Positions 37,066-51,065 of a stretch of DNA of 64,000 bases are shown here, one piece after another. The position numbers and the translations under genes were made by a program. The notes under the pieces were generated by a model. That model was not told the DNA's origin, did not search any database, and was given only the letters and a program-made list of their open reading frames with translations. Within the stretch, counting starts at the first letter, position 1; each line of letters starts with the position of its first letter. Source of the DNA: Malacoraja senta (lineage: Eukaryota); assembly GCA_038087875.1 (NCBI GenBank), contig CM075999.1, positions 3,536,001 through 3,600,000 of the forward strand, in the 5' to 3' direction.

Positions 37066-38159
37066 TACTTAACTATTGTGATCTTATCGAGTTCGCATCA
37101 CAAGATTAGTAATTGTTCAGCCAGAGCTGAACACACACCTCGGCATCTGCATACGATGGTGTCTTGTGCTTCTTGTGCACTGACCAGTGATCCCCGCACA
37201 CTAACACCATCCTACACACATTAGGGATAATTTAACATTTCTACCAAGCCAATTATCCCACAAACCTGCACGTCTTTGGAGTGTAGGAGGAAACCGCAGA
37301 TCTGGCAGAAAACCCACGCAGGTCACTGGGAAAACGTACAAACTCCGTACAGGCAGCACCTGTAGTCAGGATCGAACCCGGGTCTCTGGCGCTGTGAGGC
37401 AGCAACTCTACCACTGCGCCACTCTGTCTTCTGATTAAAGTGCATCACATATTAGGGAATGGGATAGAGAGTCATCTCTGGTCACTGGAAGCTGCAGAAG
37501 CAGATACAATCACGACTTTTAAAAGACATTTGGACAGATATGTGGACAGGAGGGTTTAGAGGGCAATGGGTCAAATGTGACTCGCCCAGTGTGCCAACTT
37601 GGTCGGCATGGACAAGATGGGCCGAAGGGCCTGTTTCCGTGCTGTAAAACTCTGTGACTTTTGTTGCAAATTGTTGAAGTCTGGGCACTTTCTGTCACAC
37701 GATGGTTGACAATAATCACCATTCCTCCTTTGGGTTTTCTCCGGGTGATCCGGTTTCCTCCCACATCCCAAAGACATGCAGGTTTGGAGGTTAATTGGCC
37801 CTCTATAAATTTGCCCCTCGTGTGTAGGGAGTGGATGAGAAAGTGGGATAACATAGAACTAGTGTGAATGGATGATCGATGGTCGGCACGGACTCGGTGG
37901 GCTCCATGGGCTGTATCTCTACACTAATTCAGAGATAGCATAACCAACAGCAAAGGGGAAAAAACTCGAGACTCAGTTGAATAAATTCTATGGAAGACAC
38001 AGTTCATAGGAATAGGATCCAAAGGAATAATTCTTCAATTTTATCAGCGGAGACGTACAGATAATGTAGAAAACCTTTCTTCTTGCCCTTCATGAAAGAT
38101 CAAAGAGCTGTGGAAATGTCACAGCCCAAGAGAATGCCATTCGGCCCAACGAGTCTGCA

Positions 38160-38545
38160 CTATCAGGATGCATCACAGACAACTGGGTTTGGGAACAGCT
38201 GCATCCAAGACCGCAAGAAATTGCAGCGAATCGTGGACGCAGCCCAGACCGTCACACAATCCAACCTCTCTTCCATTGACTCCATCTACACTTCACGCTG
38301 CCTCGCCAAAGGCAGCATCATCAAGAACCAGTCGCACCCTGGCCACGCTCTCCTCTCCCCTCTCCCATCGGGCAAAAGGTATGGAAGTGTCAAAACGCAC
38401 ACCTCCAGATTCAGGGACAGTTTCTTCCCAGCTGTTATCAGGCAACTGAACCATCCTACCACAACCAGAGAGCGGTCCTGAACTACTATCTACCTTATTG
38501 GAGACCCTCGCACTATCCTTGATCGGACTTTGCTGGCTTTATCAC
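38160..38545 (+). mobile_element. Rex1/Babar-type LINE 3' fragment (also ~58520-58930, 52750-53095, 55185-55310)
   Basis: DRKKLQRIVDAAQTVTQSNLSSIDSIYTSRC..HPGHALLSPLPSGKRY..TSRFRDSFFPAVIRQLN. Confidence 0.75.
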
Positions 38546-39879
38546 AGCCATGATCACATTGAATGGCGGTGCTGGCTCGAAGAGCCGAATGGCCAACTCC
38601 TTCACCAATTATCTATGTTTCTATGGTTAGCAGGCAACAAAACCTTTTCACTGTACCTCGGTACACGCGACAATAAACTGTAAACTGTAGCTTCTTGAAG
38701 AACAATCCTGTCAATCCCAGCCCATCGCCCGTTGCCCAGAGCCTAGTGAAACATTCCCTTTCATGGTCCACACTGATCAATCCCATGCCAATAATCTGTT
38801 GGTAGATTGTTGTGTTCAAGCAGTGATAAGGAGCCATTATCCCCAGTCCTCCACACCCCAGATTACTTTGTCGTTCCAGGCGGATTCGAACTGGCAGTAG
38901 GAATTACTCTCACTCCCACATTCCAGACCACCGAACATCCTCTGCGCCCGTCTGGAAACAATTTGACATCAATTCCAGCGCTAACATTTAACAAAACTGT
39001 CAGTGATCAGGAATGTTTGGTGGCCCATCCATTATCAAGCATTGAATAAATAGTTCCATACTCTCGAGAAGAGTGTCAACAGTTTTAACGTCGACTGCCA
39101 TATGTACCCTCTCCCTGTATATTCTTACTCCAATGGTTTAGTTTAGAAATACAGCGAAGAAACGTGCCTTTCGGCCCACCGAGTCCGCTCCGACAAGCGA
39201 TCCCCGTACACCAACACTACCCTACACGCTAGGGCCAATTTACATTTACACCAAGCCAATTAACCTGCAAATCTGCACGTCTTTGGAATGTGGGAGGAAA
39301 CCGGAAATCCCGGAGAAAACCTGTATAGGAGTAAAGAGGTTCTTCTGCAGATGCATCTATGGAGCGAAGGAAATAGGCAACGTTTCGGCCCGAAACGTTG
39401 CCTATTTCCTTCGCTCCATAGATGCAGCTGCACCTGCTGTGTTTCTCCAGCACTTTTGTCTACCTTCAGAATTAAAGGACATTCTTTTAGGAAGGAGATG
39501 AGGAGGAATTTCTTTAGCCAGAGGCTGATGAATCTGTGGGATTCATTGCCACAGAAGGCTGTGGAGGTCAAGTCCGTGGATATTTTTTAAAGCACAGTCT
39601 GATTTGGAAGGGTTTCAAAGATTAAAGGGAGAAGGCAGGAAAATGGGGTTGAGGGAGTGAAAAAAATAGAACAGTCATGATTGAATGGCGGAGCAGACAC
39701 GATAGGCCAAGGAGCCTGATTCTGCTCTGATGCTTTACGGACATGAACGTCCCAGCATCTGCTGTGCCATGACTTCCATGTGGCACTCAGGCAAACTTTG
39801 ATCAAAACTCCTCAATATTGCCACAAGATTTACTGCAGGTGGAAAAAAACAATATAGGTTGCCGATTTTCATATGTACC

Positions 39880-40402
39880 ATGGGCACCATGTTATAGGAA
39901 AGATGTTGCCAAGCTGGGAAGGGGACAGAAAAGATTTACGAGGATGTTGCCAGGACTTGAGGGCCTGAGCTACAGGCAGAGGTTGAACAGGCCGGGACTC
40001 TATTCTATGGAGCACCGGAGGATGAGGGGTGATCTTATAGAGGTGTATAAAATCATGAAAGGAATAGATCGGGTAGACGCACAGAGTCTCTTGCCCAGAG
40101 TAGGGGAATCGAGGACCAGAGGACATAGGTTCAAGGTGAAGGGGAAAAGATTTAATAGGAATCTGAGGGGTAACTTTTTCACACAGAGGGTGGTGGGTGT
40201 ATGGAACAAGCTGCCAGAGGAGGTAGTTGAGGCTGGGAATATCACAACGTTTAAGAAACAGTTAGACAGGTACATGGATAGGACAGGTTTGGAGGGATAT
40301 GGACCAAACGTGGGCAGGTGGGACTAGTGTAGCTGGGACATGTTGGTCGGTGTGGGCAGGTTGGGCTGAAGGTCATGTTTCCACACTGTATCACTCTATG
40401 AC
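39880..40402 (+). mobile_element. CR1 LINE 3' fragment (third subfamily; similar copies at ~43330-43870 minus, 17275-17500 plus, 8140-8640 minus)
   Basis: WAPCYRKDVAKL..RFTRMLPGLEGLSY..RTRGHRFKV..NFFTQRVVGVWNKLP; ends in gggc..gaagg..tgtttccacactgtatcactctatga. Confidence 0.88.
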
Positions 40403-42286
40403 TATTATTGTTCTCATTTATCTTGCTTATGCAGAGAGAAACACTCGGTAGCAGCAGCCTGGGACTGACCTGGAATGGACAGCACACCCAACAACTAGAC
40501 TCTGGAAATGGTGGCACTTGAATACGGGATCGGTCGACTATCTCTGTACAATTGCTACTCAGGGGCGTGCTTGCGTATTCTAATACTCTACTGGACTGTA
40601 TGTAAGAAAATAATGTTCAGGGGTAATGGGGAGAAGGCAGGAGAATGGGGTTAGGAGGGAGAGATGCATCAGCCACGATTGAATGGCAGAGTAGACTGGA
40701 TGGGCCGAATGGCCTAATTCTGCTCCTATCCGATATAAACTTATGGATTTCACAGTGGGTTTGCACCTCACATGTGACAAAAACACCATTGAATGTACAA
40801 ATGTCTTCCACGTTGCAGCACCATGCCCCAAAAATTACTTGAAGGGCAGGACTTCCACAGAATATAGTGACAAATATCTCCTTCCGAAGGGCTCACCATA
40901 TCTACACCTGGTAGTCCTGAGTGGTCTCATCTGTCAACTCTGCCCTCCAGTTCATTAGCCACCATGGTCTTTATTTGTCCCTGCTATCTAGCCAGAAGGT
41001 GGTGAATCTGTGGAACTCTTTGCCACAGACGGCTGTGGAGGCCAAGTCAATGGATATTTTTAAGGCAGAGATTGACAGATTGTTGATTAGTACGGGTGTC
41101 AGGGGTTATGGGGAGAAGGCTGGAGAATGGGGTTGGGAGGGAGAGGATAGATCAGCCATGATTGAATGGCAGAGTAGAGTTGACGGGCCGAATGGCCCAA
41201 TTTTACTCCTATCTCTTATGACAACAACATGCCAGTGATCTCCAAACACTGGACCTTCCACTCATTCTATTTGGACCCAAGTTGCTTCCAGCTTCTTGTC
41301 ATTCAGGAAGTACTCTGGCTCAGTAACTCAAATCATGTGAATTCAGTTGAGTTTAGTGTCACGTGTACCGAGGTACGGTGAAAAGCTTTCATTGCGTGCT
41401 AACCAGTCAGCGGTAAGACAATACATGATTACAGCGGGTAGAACTGCTGCCTCACAGCGCCTGAGACCTAACCACGCATGATGTGTGGAGTTTGTAAGTT
41501 CTCCCTGTGACCGCGTGGGTTTCCTCCGGGTGCTCCGGTTTCCACCCACTTCCCAAAGATTTGTAGCGAATCGTCCCTCTGTCAATAGCCCCTGATGTGT
41601 AGTCGGGTGGTCATGTTGTGGTGGCGCAGCGGGTAGAGCTGCTACTTCTTGACGCCAGAGACCCGGGATCGATCCTGACCTCGGCTGCTGTCTGTGCGGA
41701 GTTTGCAGGTTCTCCCTGTGACCGCGTGGATTTCCTCCGGGTGCTGCGGTTTCCTCCCGCATCCCAAGGACGTTGTAGGTTAATTGGCCCTAGCGTGTGT
41801 ATGGAGTGGATGAGAAAATGGGATAACATAGAACTAGTATGGATGGGTGATCGATGGTCAGCATGGACCCGGTGGGCCGAAGGGCCTGATTCCGTGCTGC
41901 CCGGTCCAATCAATACATATGCAGCACTGGGCAGACACAACACAAACAGGTGACTACTGTTTTAAGGTAGACAACAATGCTGGAGAAACTCAGCGGGTGA
42001 GGCAGCATCTATGGAGCGAAGGAATAGGTGACGTATCGGGTCATCACCCTTTTTCAGACCCATTCCTTTGCTCCATAGATGCTGCCTCACCCGCTGAGTT
42101 TCTCCAGCATTTTTGTCTACCTTCGATTTTTCCAGCATCTGCAGTTCTTTCTTAAACTGTTGTTTTAAGAATCAGATTCTCAGTAGACTGCTTCTTCCCA
42201 ATGCATTTAAACATGAGTTCGAACTTCATTGGATAAATAGTGCAACAATTGGGTGCTGAAATGTTGGTTGCCATGGTTATCCATAC

Positions 42287-42518
42287 CTTCCCAGACTGTA
42301 ACCTTGGCACAAAGCATTGTAATCTGTGTTAACAGTTGGTTGATTTCTGTCAGAAACACACACAGAAAAAGCACTGGGGAAGTCAAGGCCAAATGGAAGC
42401 TGGCGGAGAATGAACTGGATGGAGTTCTGTAAAGATGCAATAAATGTTTCAATGCCAGCCGCTCGCTGCACAGCAGGCTATCGATTCAAAAACGAGATGA
42501 GAATGCGAAGAGTAAAAC
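42287..42518 (-). other. Candidate non-coding 5' exon
   Basis: Unique sequence bounded by acceptor ttgtcttctctgggtattcagacag|G and donor AAG|GTATGG. No transcript evidence. Confidence 0.35.
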
Positions 42519-43872
42519 CTGTCTGAATACCCAGAGAAGACAAATACAAGCAAGCTTCCTAACCGATGGCATCTACATGTGCAGGAAACAACTGCAGATG
42601 CTGGTTTAAACCGAAGATAGACACAAAAAGCTGGAGCAACTCAGCGGGATGGGCAGCATCTCTGGAGAGAAGGAATGGGTGACTGTCTGAAGTAGTCTGA
42701 AGAAGGGTCTCTTCTTCTTTTGTCGTGTGTCTTTCAGACCTGCAGCTCCGTTGAGGCGAGCCAGGCCAACGTGTCATCGTCCAGGTCAATCAGACGGTGG
42801 CTGGTGTTTGGGGCAACTGGTGACTATGTGCTCCACTCTCTGTGTTGGGTCCCCACACCCGCAGGAGGCGCTCGCTGTCCGTTAAGAAGGGTCTCGACCC
42901 AAAACGTCACCCATTCCTTCTCTCCAGAGTTGCTGCCTGTCCCACATCTACATGCACCTTATCCTGTATCTGTACACTGTGGACGGCTCGATTGTAATCA
43001 TGTATTGTCTTTCCGCTGGCTGGTTAGCACGCAACAAAAAGCTTCTCACTGTACCTCAAGCCACGTGACAATAAACTGAACTGAACAGGAGGCGCAGCCA
43101 GCATCATCAGAGACCCACACCACCCTGGCCACGCTCTCATCTCACCCCTGCCATCGGGAAGAAGGTACAGGAGCCTGAAAACTGTAACGACCAGCTTCCT
43201 GAGGTCTTTGGGCTTTTTGCACTAGTATTGGGGATTTTTAATTAAATGTTCTTTAAATTATTTATCATGTTATCTATGAATACTGTGTTTACAGACCTGT
43301 TTAGCTGCTGCAAGTAAAATAAACATTTGAGTCATAGAGTGATACAGTGTGGAAACAGGCCCTTCAGCCCAACTTGCCCACACCGGCCAACATGTCCCAT
43401 CTACAATTGTCCCACCTGCCTGCGTTTGGTCCATATCCCTCCAAACCCGTCCAATCCATGTATCCGTCTAACTGTTTCTTAAAAGTTGGGATAGTCCCAG
43501 CCTCAACTACCTCCTCTGACAGCTTGTTCCATACACCCACCACCCTCTGTGTGGAAAAGTTACCCCTCATATTCCTGTTAACTCTTTTCCCCTTCACCTC
43601 AAACCTATGTTCTCTGGTCCTCGATTCCCCTACTCTGAGCAAGAGACTTTGTGTGTCTATCCGATTTATTCCTCTCATTATTTTATACCCTTCTGTAAGA
43701 TCGCCCACTCATCCTCCTGCGCTCCAGGCAATACAGACCCAGCCTGCTCAACCTCTCCCTATAGCTCAGATCCTCGAGTCCTGGTAACATCCTCGTCAAT
43801 CTTCTCTGTACCCTCTCCAGCTTGACAACATCTTTCCTATAACACGGTGCCCAGAACTGAACACAATACCTC

Positions 43873-44118
43873 CATAGGTGGACAAAAGTGCTGGAGAAAC
43901 TCGGCGGGTGCAGCAGCATCTATGGAGCGAAGGAAATAGGCAACGTTTCGGGACGAAACCAAGGGTTTCGGCCCGAAACGTTACCTATTTCCTTCCTGAA
44001 GGGTTTCGTCCCGAAACGTTGCCTATTTCCTTCGCTCCATAGATGCTGCTGCACCCCCTGAGTTTCTCCAGCATTTTTGTCTACCTTCAATTTTTCCAGC
44101 ATCTGCAGTTCCTTCATA
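43873..44118. mobile_element. Palindromic short Penelope-derived insertion with 13-bp TSD
   Basis: Same inverted structure as 13320-13558. Direct repeat aacacaatacctc at 43860-43872 and 44119-44131. Confidence 0.75.
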
Positions 44119-44379
44119 AACACAATACCTCTGTGCTCAGATTATTCTGTTGTTGATAGTTAAACAATCTGGATTTGACTCCTGACGTACCGATATTCCG
44201 ACAACATGTAGTTGTGGGTTGGGGAAGGAAGGGTTAAACCTGCTGCATATGTATGACCAGTAATGCTGACAACTCTGTTCCAAACTGATTCGAAGGTTGA
44301 CCTCACCACTGGGTCCTGAGCCAGTCAATAGCATTGCATCTTAAACAAAGATCAAGAGCTTGGTTTCAAATGAAATCAA

Positions 44380-45700
44380 AATAATCTTTGAATTATGTTC
44401 CCTTTTTGTCCCTGAAAAAAAATTAGTTTGGTGTGGCAAAACATGTTGCCCTTCCACTGGAAAATCCAAAGCTTTTTTTTTTTCACAATTGTATATATTC
44501 CCTTAAGTGGCTTAAATGGTGTAATTGGATTGACGGCACTTATCCATTGTCGTAAATGCTTCCACATTCCACCTAGATGATCAAACGTGAATACCGAGCG
44601 AGCAGCAGCAGCAGCCAAGTTGTCCTGAACAATGACCCATCTTTCTTGCCTCACTCTCTGCGCAGAAAGCAGTCATTATTGGGGTTTTTTTTTTAAACAG
44701 ACTGTTGCAAACAGACGCAGTTTCTGAGCTTCTAATTACTGCCAGCGTGATGGATAGGACGAGCGGGACACACACACACACGCACACAAAGCTAGGCAGA
44801 AAAGGATCTGTCGTGCAATGAATGGGTTAATGCAGCGAGTTTCGGAAACAGATTAGTCGCGATTTTGAAGTCTCCCCGTGGTGGAGCGGATCCAAGTTGC
44901 TTGCTGCTGCCTCCTCCTCCTCTGCTGCAATCAACACAGGCTCAAGACAAAGGCTTCCCCACCTCTAGCAGCAATCCGAACCCTTTCAACAATATTCCAG
45001 GTGAATCACATCGAACACAGCAGAGCAACATGCACCCAACATTGATTCATGCTCGAACCACTATGAAAGAAAGAGCAGATTTTAAGGAGTTACTTACCGT
45101 TCCCCCTCATTATTTCACTGAGAAGCGGCAGGGGGAAAAAAACTCTAACAGGAAATGTTGGCCGTTTATAGTCAGGAGAAGGAATTTTGCAGCGTACAGC
45201 TGCAGCCTCTCGCCTTTCCCCCTGATTTATCCATTCAGTGAAGGTTTTATGTAAGTTCCCGCTGCCCTCCAGTACGCTGTAGGTGCCTCTTATGTAAGTC
45301 GTGTCACTACACATTGCAGACATTTTCCCAGAATGTCCGGCCTGCTTCATTTGCGATTACCTTCTTCTAAACCCTCTGCTGTGCAAGTCAAAAATAAAAC
45401 ACAGATCCCAGCCTTGCAACATTGCCAGGCAGCAAGCAAGCAGAGCTGGAGCTGGACAGTGATCGGTCAGCCAGTACCAGTCATATCACAGGCTCAATGC
45501 TCCACAGCTACTGATGGACAATCCACCACTATTATTTCCTTACAAATGACAGGCCAGTGAGTGGAGAAAACCTAGTTGGGGGTTTTTTCTCTTTCTCGCA
45601 GGGAGCAATTTTAAAACCGAGCTCAGGAGATTAATTGGCAACTGCATTTTGTGCAGAATATCCCCAGCTCACTCCTCCTGGAGAGAAGGAGAGAAGCAGA
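44380..45700 (-). promoter_or_regulatory. TE-free island: candidate 5' exon/promoter or conserved non-coding region
   Basis: About 1.3 kb without recognisable TEs in a TE-saturated intron. Consensus donor ACG|GTAAGT (exon end 45098) and a weaker AAG|GTAATC (exon end 45361). Confidence 0.35.
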
Positions 45701-45717
45701 GAGAAAGATGCTCTCAA

Positions 45718-47291
45718 AACACACACACACACACACACACTCACACACAGGCGCACACACACACTCACACACAGGCACACACACTCACATACAGGCACTC
45801 ACACACACACAGGCACTCACACTCACACACAGGCGCACACACACACTCACACACAGGCGCACACACACACTCACACACAGGCACACACACACACAGGCAC
45901 ACACACACACAGGCACACACACACACTCACACACAGGCGCACACACACTCACACACAGGCACACACACTCACATACAGGCACTCACACACACACAGGCAC
46001 ACACTCACACACAGGCACTCACACACAGGCGCACACACACACTCACACACAGGCACACACACTCACATACAGGCACACACACACACACAGGCGCACACAC
46101 ACACTCACACACAGGCACACACACAGGCACACACACACACTCTCACACACAGGCGCACACACACACTCACACACAGGCGCACACACACAGGCACACACAC
46201 TCACACACACACACAGGCACACACACAGGCGCACACACACACTCACACACAGGCACACACACGCGCACACACACACTCGCACACACACACAGGCGCACAC
46301 ACACTCACACAGGCACACACACAGACACACACACAGGCGCACATACACACTTACACAGGCACACTCACACACAGGCACACACACACACTCACACAGGCAC
46401 ACACACACAGGTGCACACACATTCACACAGGCACACTCTCACACACAGGCACTCACACAGGCACACTCACTCACACACACACAGGCGCACGCACACACTC
46501 ACACACAGGCGCACGCACACACTCACACACAGGCGCACACACACAGGCGCACACACACACTCACATACAGGCACACACAGGCGCATACACACTCACACAC
46601 GCACATACAGGTGCACACACATTCACACGCACACTCTCACACACAGGCACACTCACACAGGCACACTCACTCACACTCACACAGGCGCACACACACTCAC
46701 ATACAGGCACACACACACACTCACATACAGGCACACACACACACTCACACACAGGCGCACACACACTCACATACAGGCACACACAGGCGCATACACACTC
46801 ACACACGCACATACAGGTGCACACACACACTCACATACTCACACACAGGCGCACACACTCACACACAGGCGCACACACACACACGCACACACAGGCGCAC
46901 ACACTCACACAGGCGCACACACTCACTCAGGCACACACACACAGGCACAGACACACACTCACATACAGGCACACTCAGGCGCACACACACTCACACACAG
47001 GCGCGCACACTCACTCAGGCACACACACACACAGGCACACACACACGCACATACAGGCACACACAGGCGCACACACACACTCACATACAGGCACACTCAA
47101 GCGCACACACACACTCACACACAGGCGCACACACACTCACACATAGGTGCACACACAGGCACACACACACAGCTACACACACACACAGGCACTCACACAC
47201 ACACAAGGCGCACACACTCACACACAGGCACACACACTCACACACAGGCGCACACACACTCACACACAGGCGCACACACACTCACACACAG

Positions 47292-47337
<46 letters not shown>

Positions 47338-47711
47338 ATACACACACAAAGGGAGACGGGGAAAATAATAGACACACATGTAGGAAGAGAGACGCAGAGA
47401 TACAGGCAGACACTCACACGCACAGACACACACATTCACATTCACTCACAGGCACAGACACACACTCGCACAGTCACACTCACACACAGTCACAGACACA
47501 CACAGTCACATTCACTCACACACAGACACTCACACAGACAGACACAGTCACACTCACACACAGTGCAGACACACACACACACACACATGCAGACAGACAT
47601 ACACCTACATAGACATACAAACGCACACAGACAGACATGCACATGCAGACAGATACACACACACATACAGACAGATACACACACACATACAGACACACAC
47701 ATACAGACAGA

Positions 47712-47744
<33 letters not shown>

Positions 47745-47745
47745 G
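45718..47745. repeat. Compound (CA)n/(cacacagg)-type satellite
   Basis: Low-complexity CA-rich sequence; the long HT-rich ORFs are artefacts. Confidence 0.95.
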
Positions 47746-48227
47746 CAAGCTGGGCTTGAGAAACTTGTGAGAGCAGCAGCAGCAGCAATTTGCAGCAGAT
47801 CAGTGTGACACATGGGACTGGCTTCCAGCATGAACCCCACACCAAATGCAGGAAGCCAACCATCCATTAGACCGCCTGTCCGCCCGCCCAGAGTGGTTCC
47901 TCTTCCTCCCCTGGCCCCCATAGTCACCCCCATCCCTACACACATTCCCCCCTCAGCACAAGCCACAATTACCCAGGCTGATTAACAACGATATTGTGGA
48001 AGAGAATCAAGATTTCATTACCTTCAGCATCAGTACCAATTGTTTTTTAAAACTGCCTCGAAAAGATGTTGATGAAGGTTGAAGCCATCTGCCTCTTTAA
48101 TGCTGTGTTGTGAAGGAGAATTCTGTAAAGGAAAATGTAGATATAACTGACGCATACAGGCACTTGTTTCTTAGTGAAGGGCAATGTAGGATGCTTTTTG
48201 GTAAAACTGGAGTGACTGACACATTCA

Positions 48228-49332
48228 GGCCCCCCTGTACACAGCTACAGCCCCCTGTACACAGCTACAGCCCCCTGTACACAGTCACAGCCCCCTGTAC
48301 ACAGTCACAGCCCCCTGTACACAGCTACAGCCCCCTGTACACAGCTACAGCCCCCTGTACACAGCTACAGCCCCCTGTACACAGCTACAGCCCCCTGTAC
48401 ACAGCTACAGCCCCCTGTACACAGCTACAGCCCCCTGTACACAGTCACAGCCCCCTGTACACAGTCACAGCCCCCCTGTACACAGTCACAGCCCCCCTGT
48501 ACACAGTCACAGCCCCCTGTACACAGCTACAGCCCCCTGTACACAGCTACAGCCCCCTGTACACAGCTACAGCCCCCTGTACACAGCTACAGCCCCCTGT
48601 ACACAGCTACAGCCCCCTGTACACAGCTACAGCCCCCTGTACACAGCTACAGCCCCCTGTACACAGTCACAGCCCCCTGTACACAGTCACAGCCCCCTGT
48701 ACACAGCTACAGCCCCCTGTACGCAGTCACAGCCCCCTGTACGCAGTCACAGCCCCCTGTACGCAGTTACAACCCCCTGTACGCAGCTACAGCCCCCCTG
48801 TACGCAGTCACAGCCCCCTGTACGCAGCTACAGCCCCCTGTACGCAGCTACAGCCCCCTGTACGCAGCTACAGCCCCCCTGTACGCAGCTACAGCCCCCC
48901 TGTACGCAGTTACAGCCCCCTGTACGCAGCTACAGCCCCCCGTACGCAGCTACAGCCCCCCTGTACGCAGCTACAGCCCCCCTGTACGCAGCTACAGCCC
49001 CCTGTACGCAGCTACAGCCCCCCTGTACGCAGCTACAGCCCCCCTGTACGCAGTTACAGCCCCCTGTACGCAGCTACAGCCCCCTGTACACAGCTACAGC
49101 CCCCTGTACACAGCCCCCTGTACGCAGCCACACCCCCTGTACACAGTTACAGCTCCCTGTACACAGTCACAGCCCCCTGTACACAGCTACAGCCCCCTGT
49201 ACACAGTCACAGCCCCCTGTACGCAGCTACAGCCCCCTGTACACAGCTACAGCCCCCTGTACACAGCCCCCTGTACGCAGCCACACCCCCTGTACACAGT
49301 CACAACCCCCTGTACACAGTCACAACCCCCTG
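48228..49332. repeat. 20-bp minisatellite (ccccctgtacacagctacag)n
   Basis: Direct inspection shows >50 units with gct/gtc/gtt and cac/cgc variants and C-run length changes. Confidence 0.95.
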
Positions 49333-49854
49333 CCTGATACAAACCCTGGCTGCAGTGTAAACAGATATATGGTGCTGCAGTCTGACTTATCAGCTGGAGT
49401 GTAACATTTAATGGTTGCTTCAGTTTATACAAGTCAGGGATAGGGAGAGGGGGGAGAGGGAGAGGAGGAGAGGGAGAGGGGGAGAAGGAGAGAGGGAGAG
49501 GGAGAGGGAGGGAGAGGGAGAGTATCTCTCTCACACCCCCCTATGTGCGGACTACAATTCCACTGGAGGGACCTGCAGCCAGACACCGGAAAGACCACCC
49601 GGTTAACTTAGCATCATCATGCTCTCCTCGCCCAGCAATCCCTCTCTCTCTCCTTCCCACCCACGTCTGAAAATCACCCTCTCTCTCTCTCCTCTACCTC
49701 CTCTTCTTTCCCTCTCCATCCCTCCCTCTCTCTCCCTGCCCAGAGGTACAACGTGCATTTAACGTAGGACTCGGACCAGGGGCTTCGTCTCCATCACTGA
49801 GCTGTCGCTGCTGGCCTTCCCAGACAGACATTAGAATGCACGCAGTGAACACAG

Positions 49855-51065
49855 ACCACACACACACACGGTGCAGCGTGCCAGCACATGCACACACACA
49901 CACACAGGCGCACACACACACACACAGGCGCACACACACAGGCGCACACACACAGGCGCACACACACACTCACACAGGCGCACACACACACACACACGCA
50001 CGCACACGGTGCAGCGTGCCAACACACATACACAAACACACACACACACGCACGCACACACACACTCACACACAGGCGCACACACACACAGGCGCACACA
50101 CACAGGCGCACACACACACTCACAGGCGCACACACACACACACAGGCGCACACACACACACACGCACGCACACTCACACAGGCGCACACACACTCACACA
50201 CAGGCGCACACACACTCACACACAGGCGCACACACACACACACTCACACAGGCACACACACACTCACACACAGGCACACTCACACACTCACACACAGGTG
50301 CACACACACACTCACATACTGGCACACACAGGCGCACACACACTCACACACAGGCACACTCAGGCGCACACACACACTCACACACGCACATACAGGTGCA
50401 CACACACACTCACACACAGGCGCACACACACACAGGCGCACACACACACTCACACAGGCGCACACACTCACACACAGGCACACTCACACACTCACACACA
50501 GGCGCACACACACTCACACACAGGCGCACACACACTCACACACAGGCGCACACACACACACACTCACACAGGCACACACACACTCACACACAGGCACACT
50601 CACACACTCACACACAGGTGCACACACACACTCACATACTGGCACACACAGGCGCACACACACTCACACACAGGCACACTCAGGCGCACACACACACTCA
50701 CACACACACACACACTCACACACACACACACACGTGCACACAGGCGCACACACTCACTCAGGCACACACACACAGGCACAGACACACACTCACACACACA
50801 GGCGCACACACTCACTCAGGCACACACACACAGGCACAGACACACACGCACATACAGGCACACACAGGCGCACACACACACACTCACTTACAGGCACACT
50901 CAGGTGCACACACACTCACACAGGCACACACACACACACACATGCACACACACGCACGCACACGCACGCACACACACACAGGCGCACACACACACGCACA
51001 CACACACACACGCACGCACACACACACGCACGCACACACACGCATGCACACACACACACCACACA
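49855..51065. repeat. Compound (CA)n satellite
   Basis: Same type as 45718-47745, with internal higher-order duplications. Confidence 0.95.

Noticed and set aside
45635..47808. 500-700-aa His/Thr-rich ORFs in all three plus frames (likewise 49836-51227, 7283-8053, 31911-32664)
   Set aside because: Translations of CA/GT satellites that lack stop codons by composition.
48110..49360. 416-aa repetitive ORF / CRISPR-like regular array
   Set aside because: A 20-bp tandem minisatellite with no unique spacers; the same peptide cycle arises from a unit length not divisible by 3. Eukaryotic context with no cas genes.
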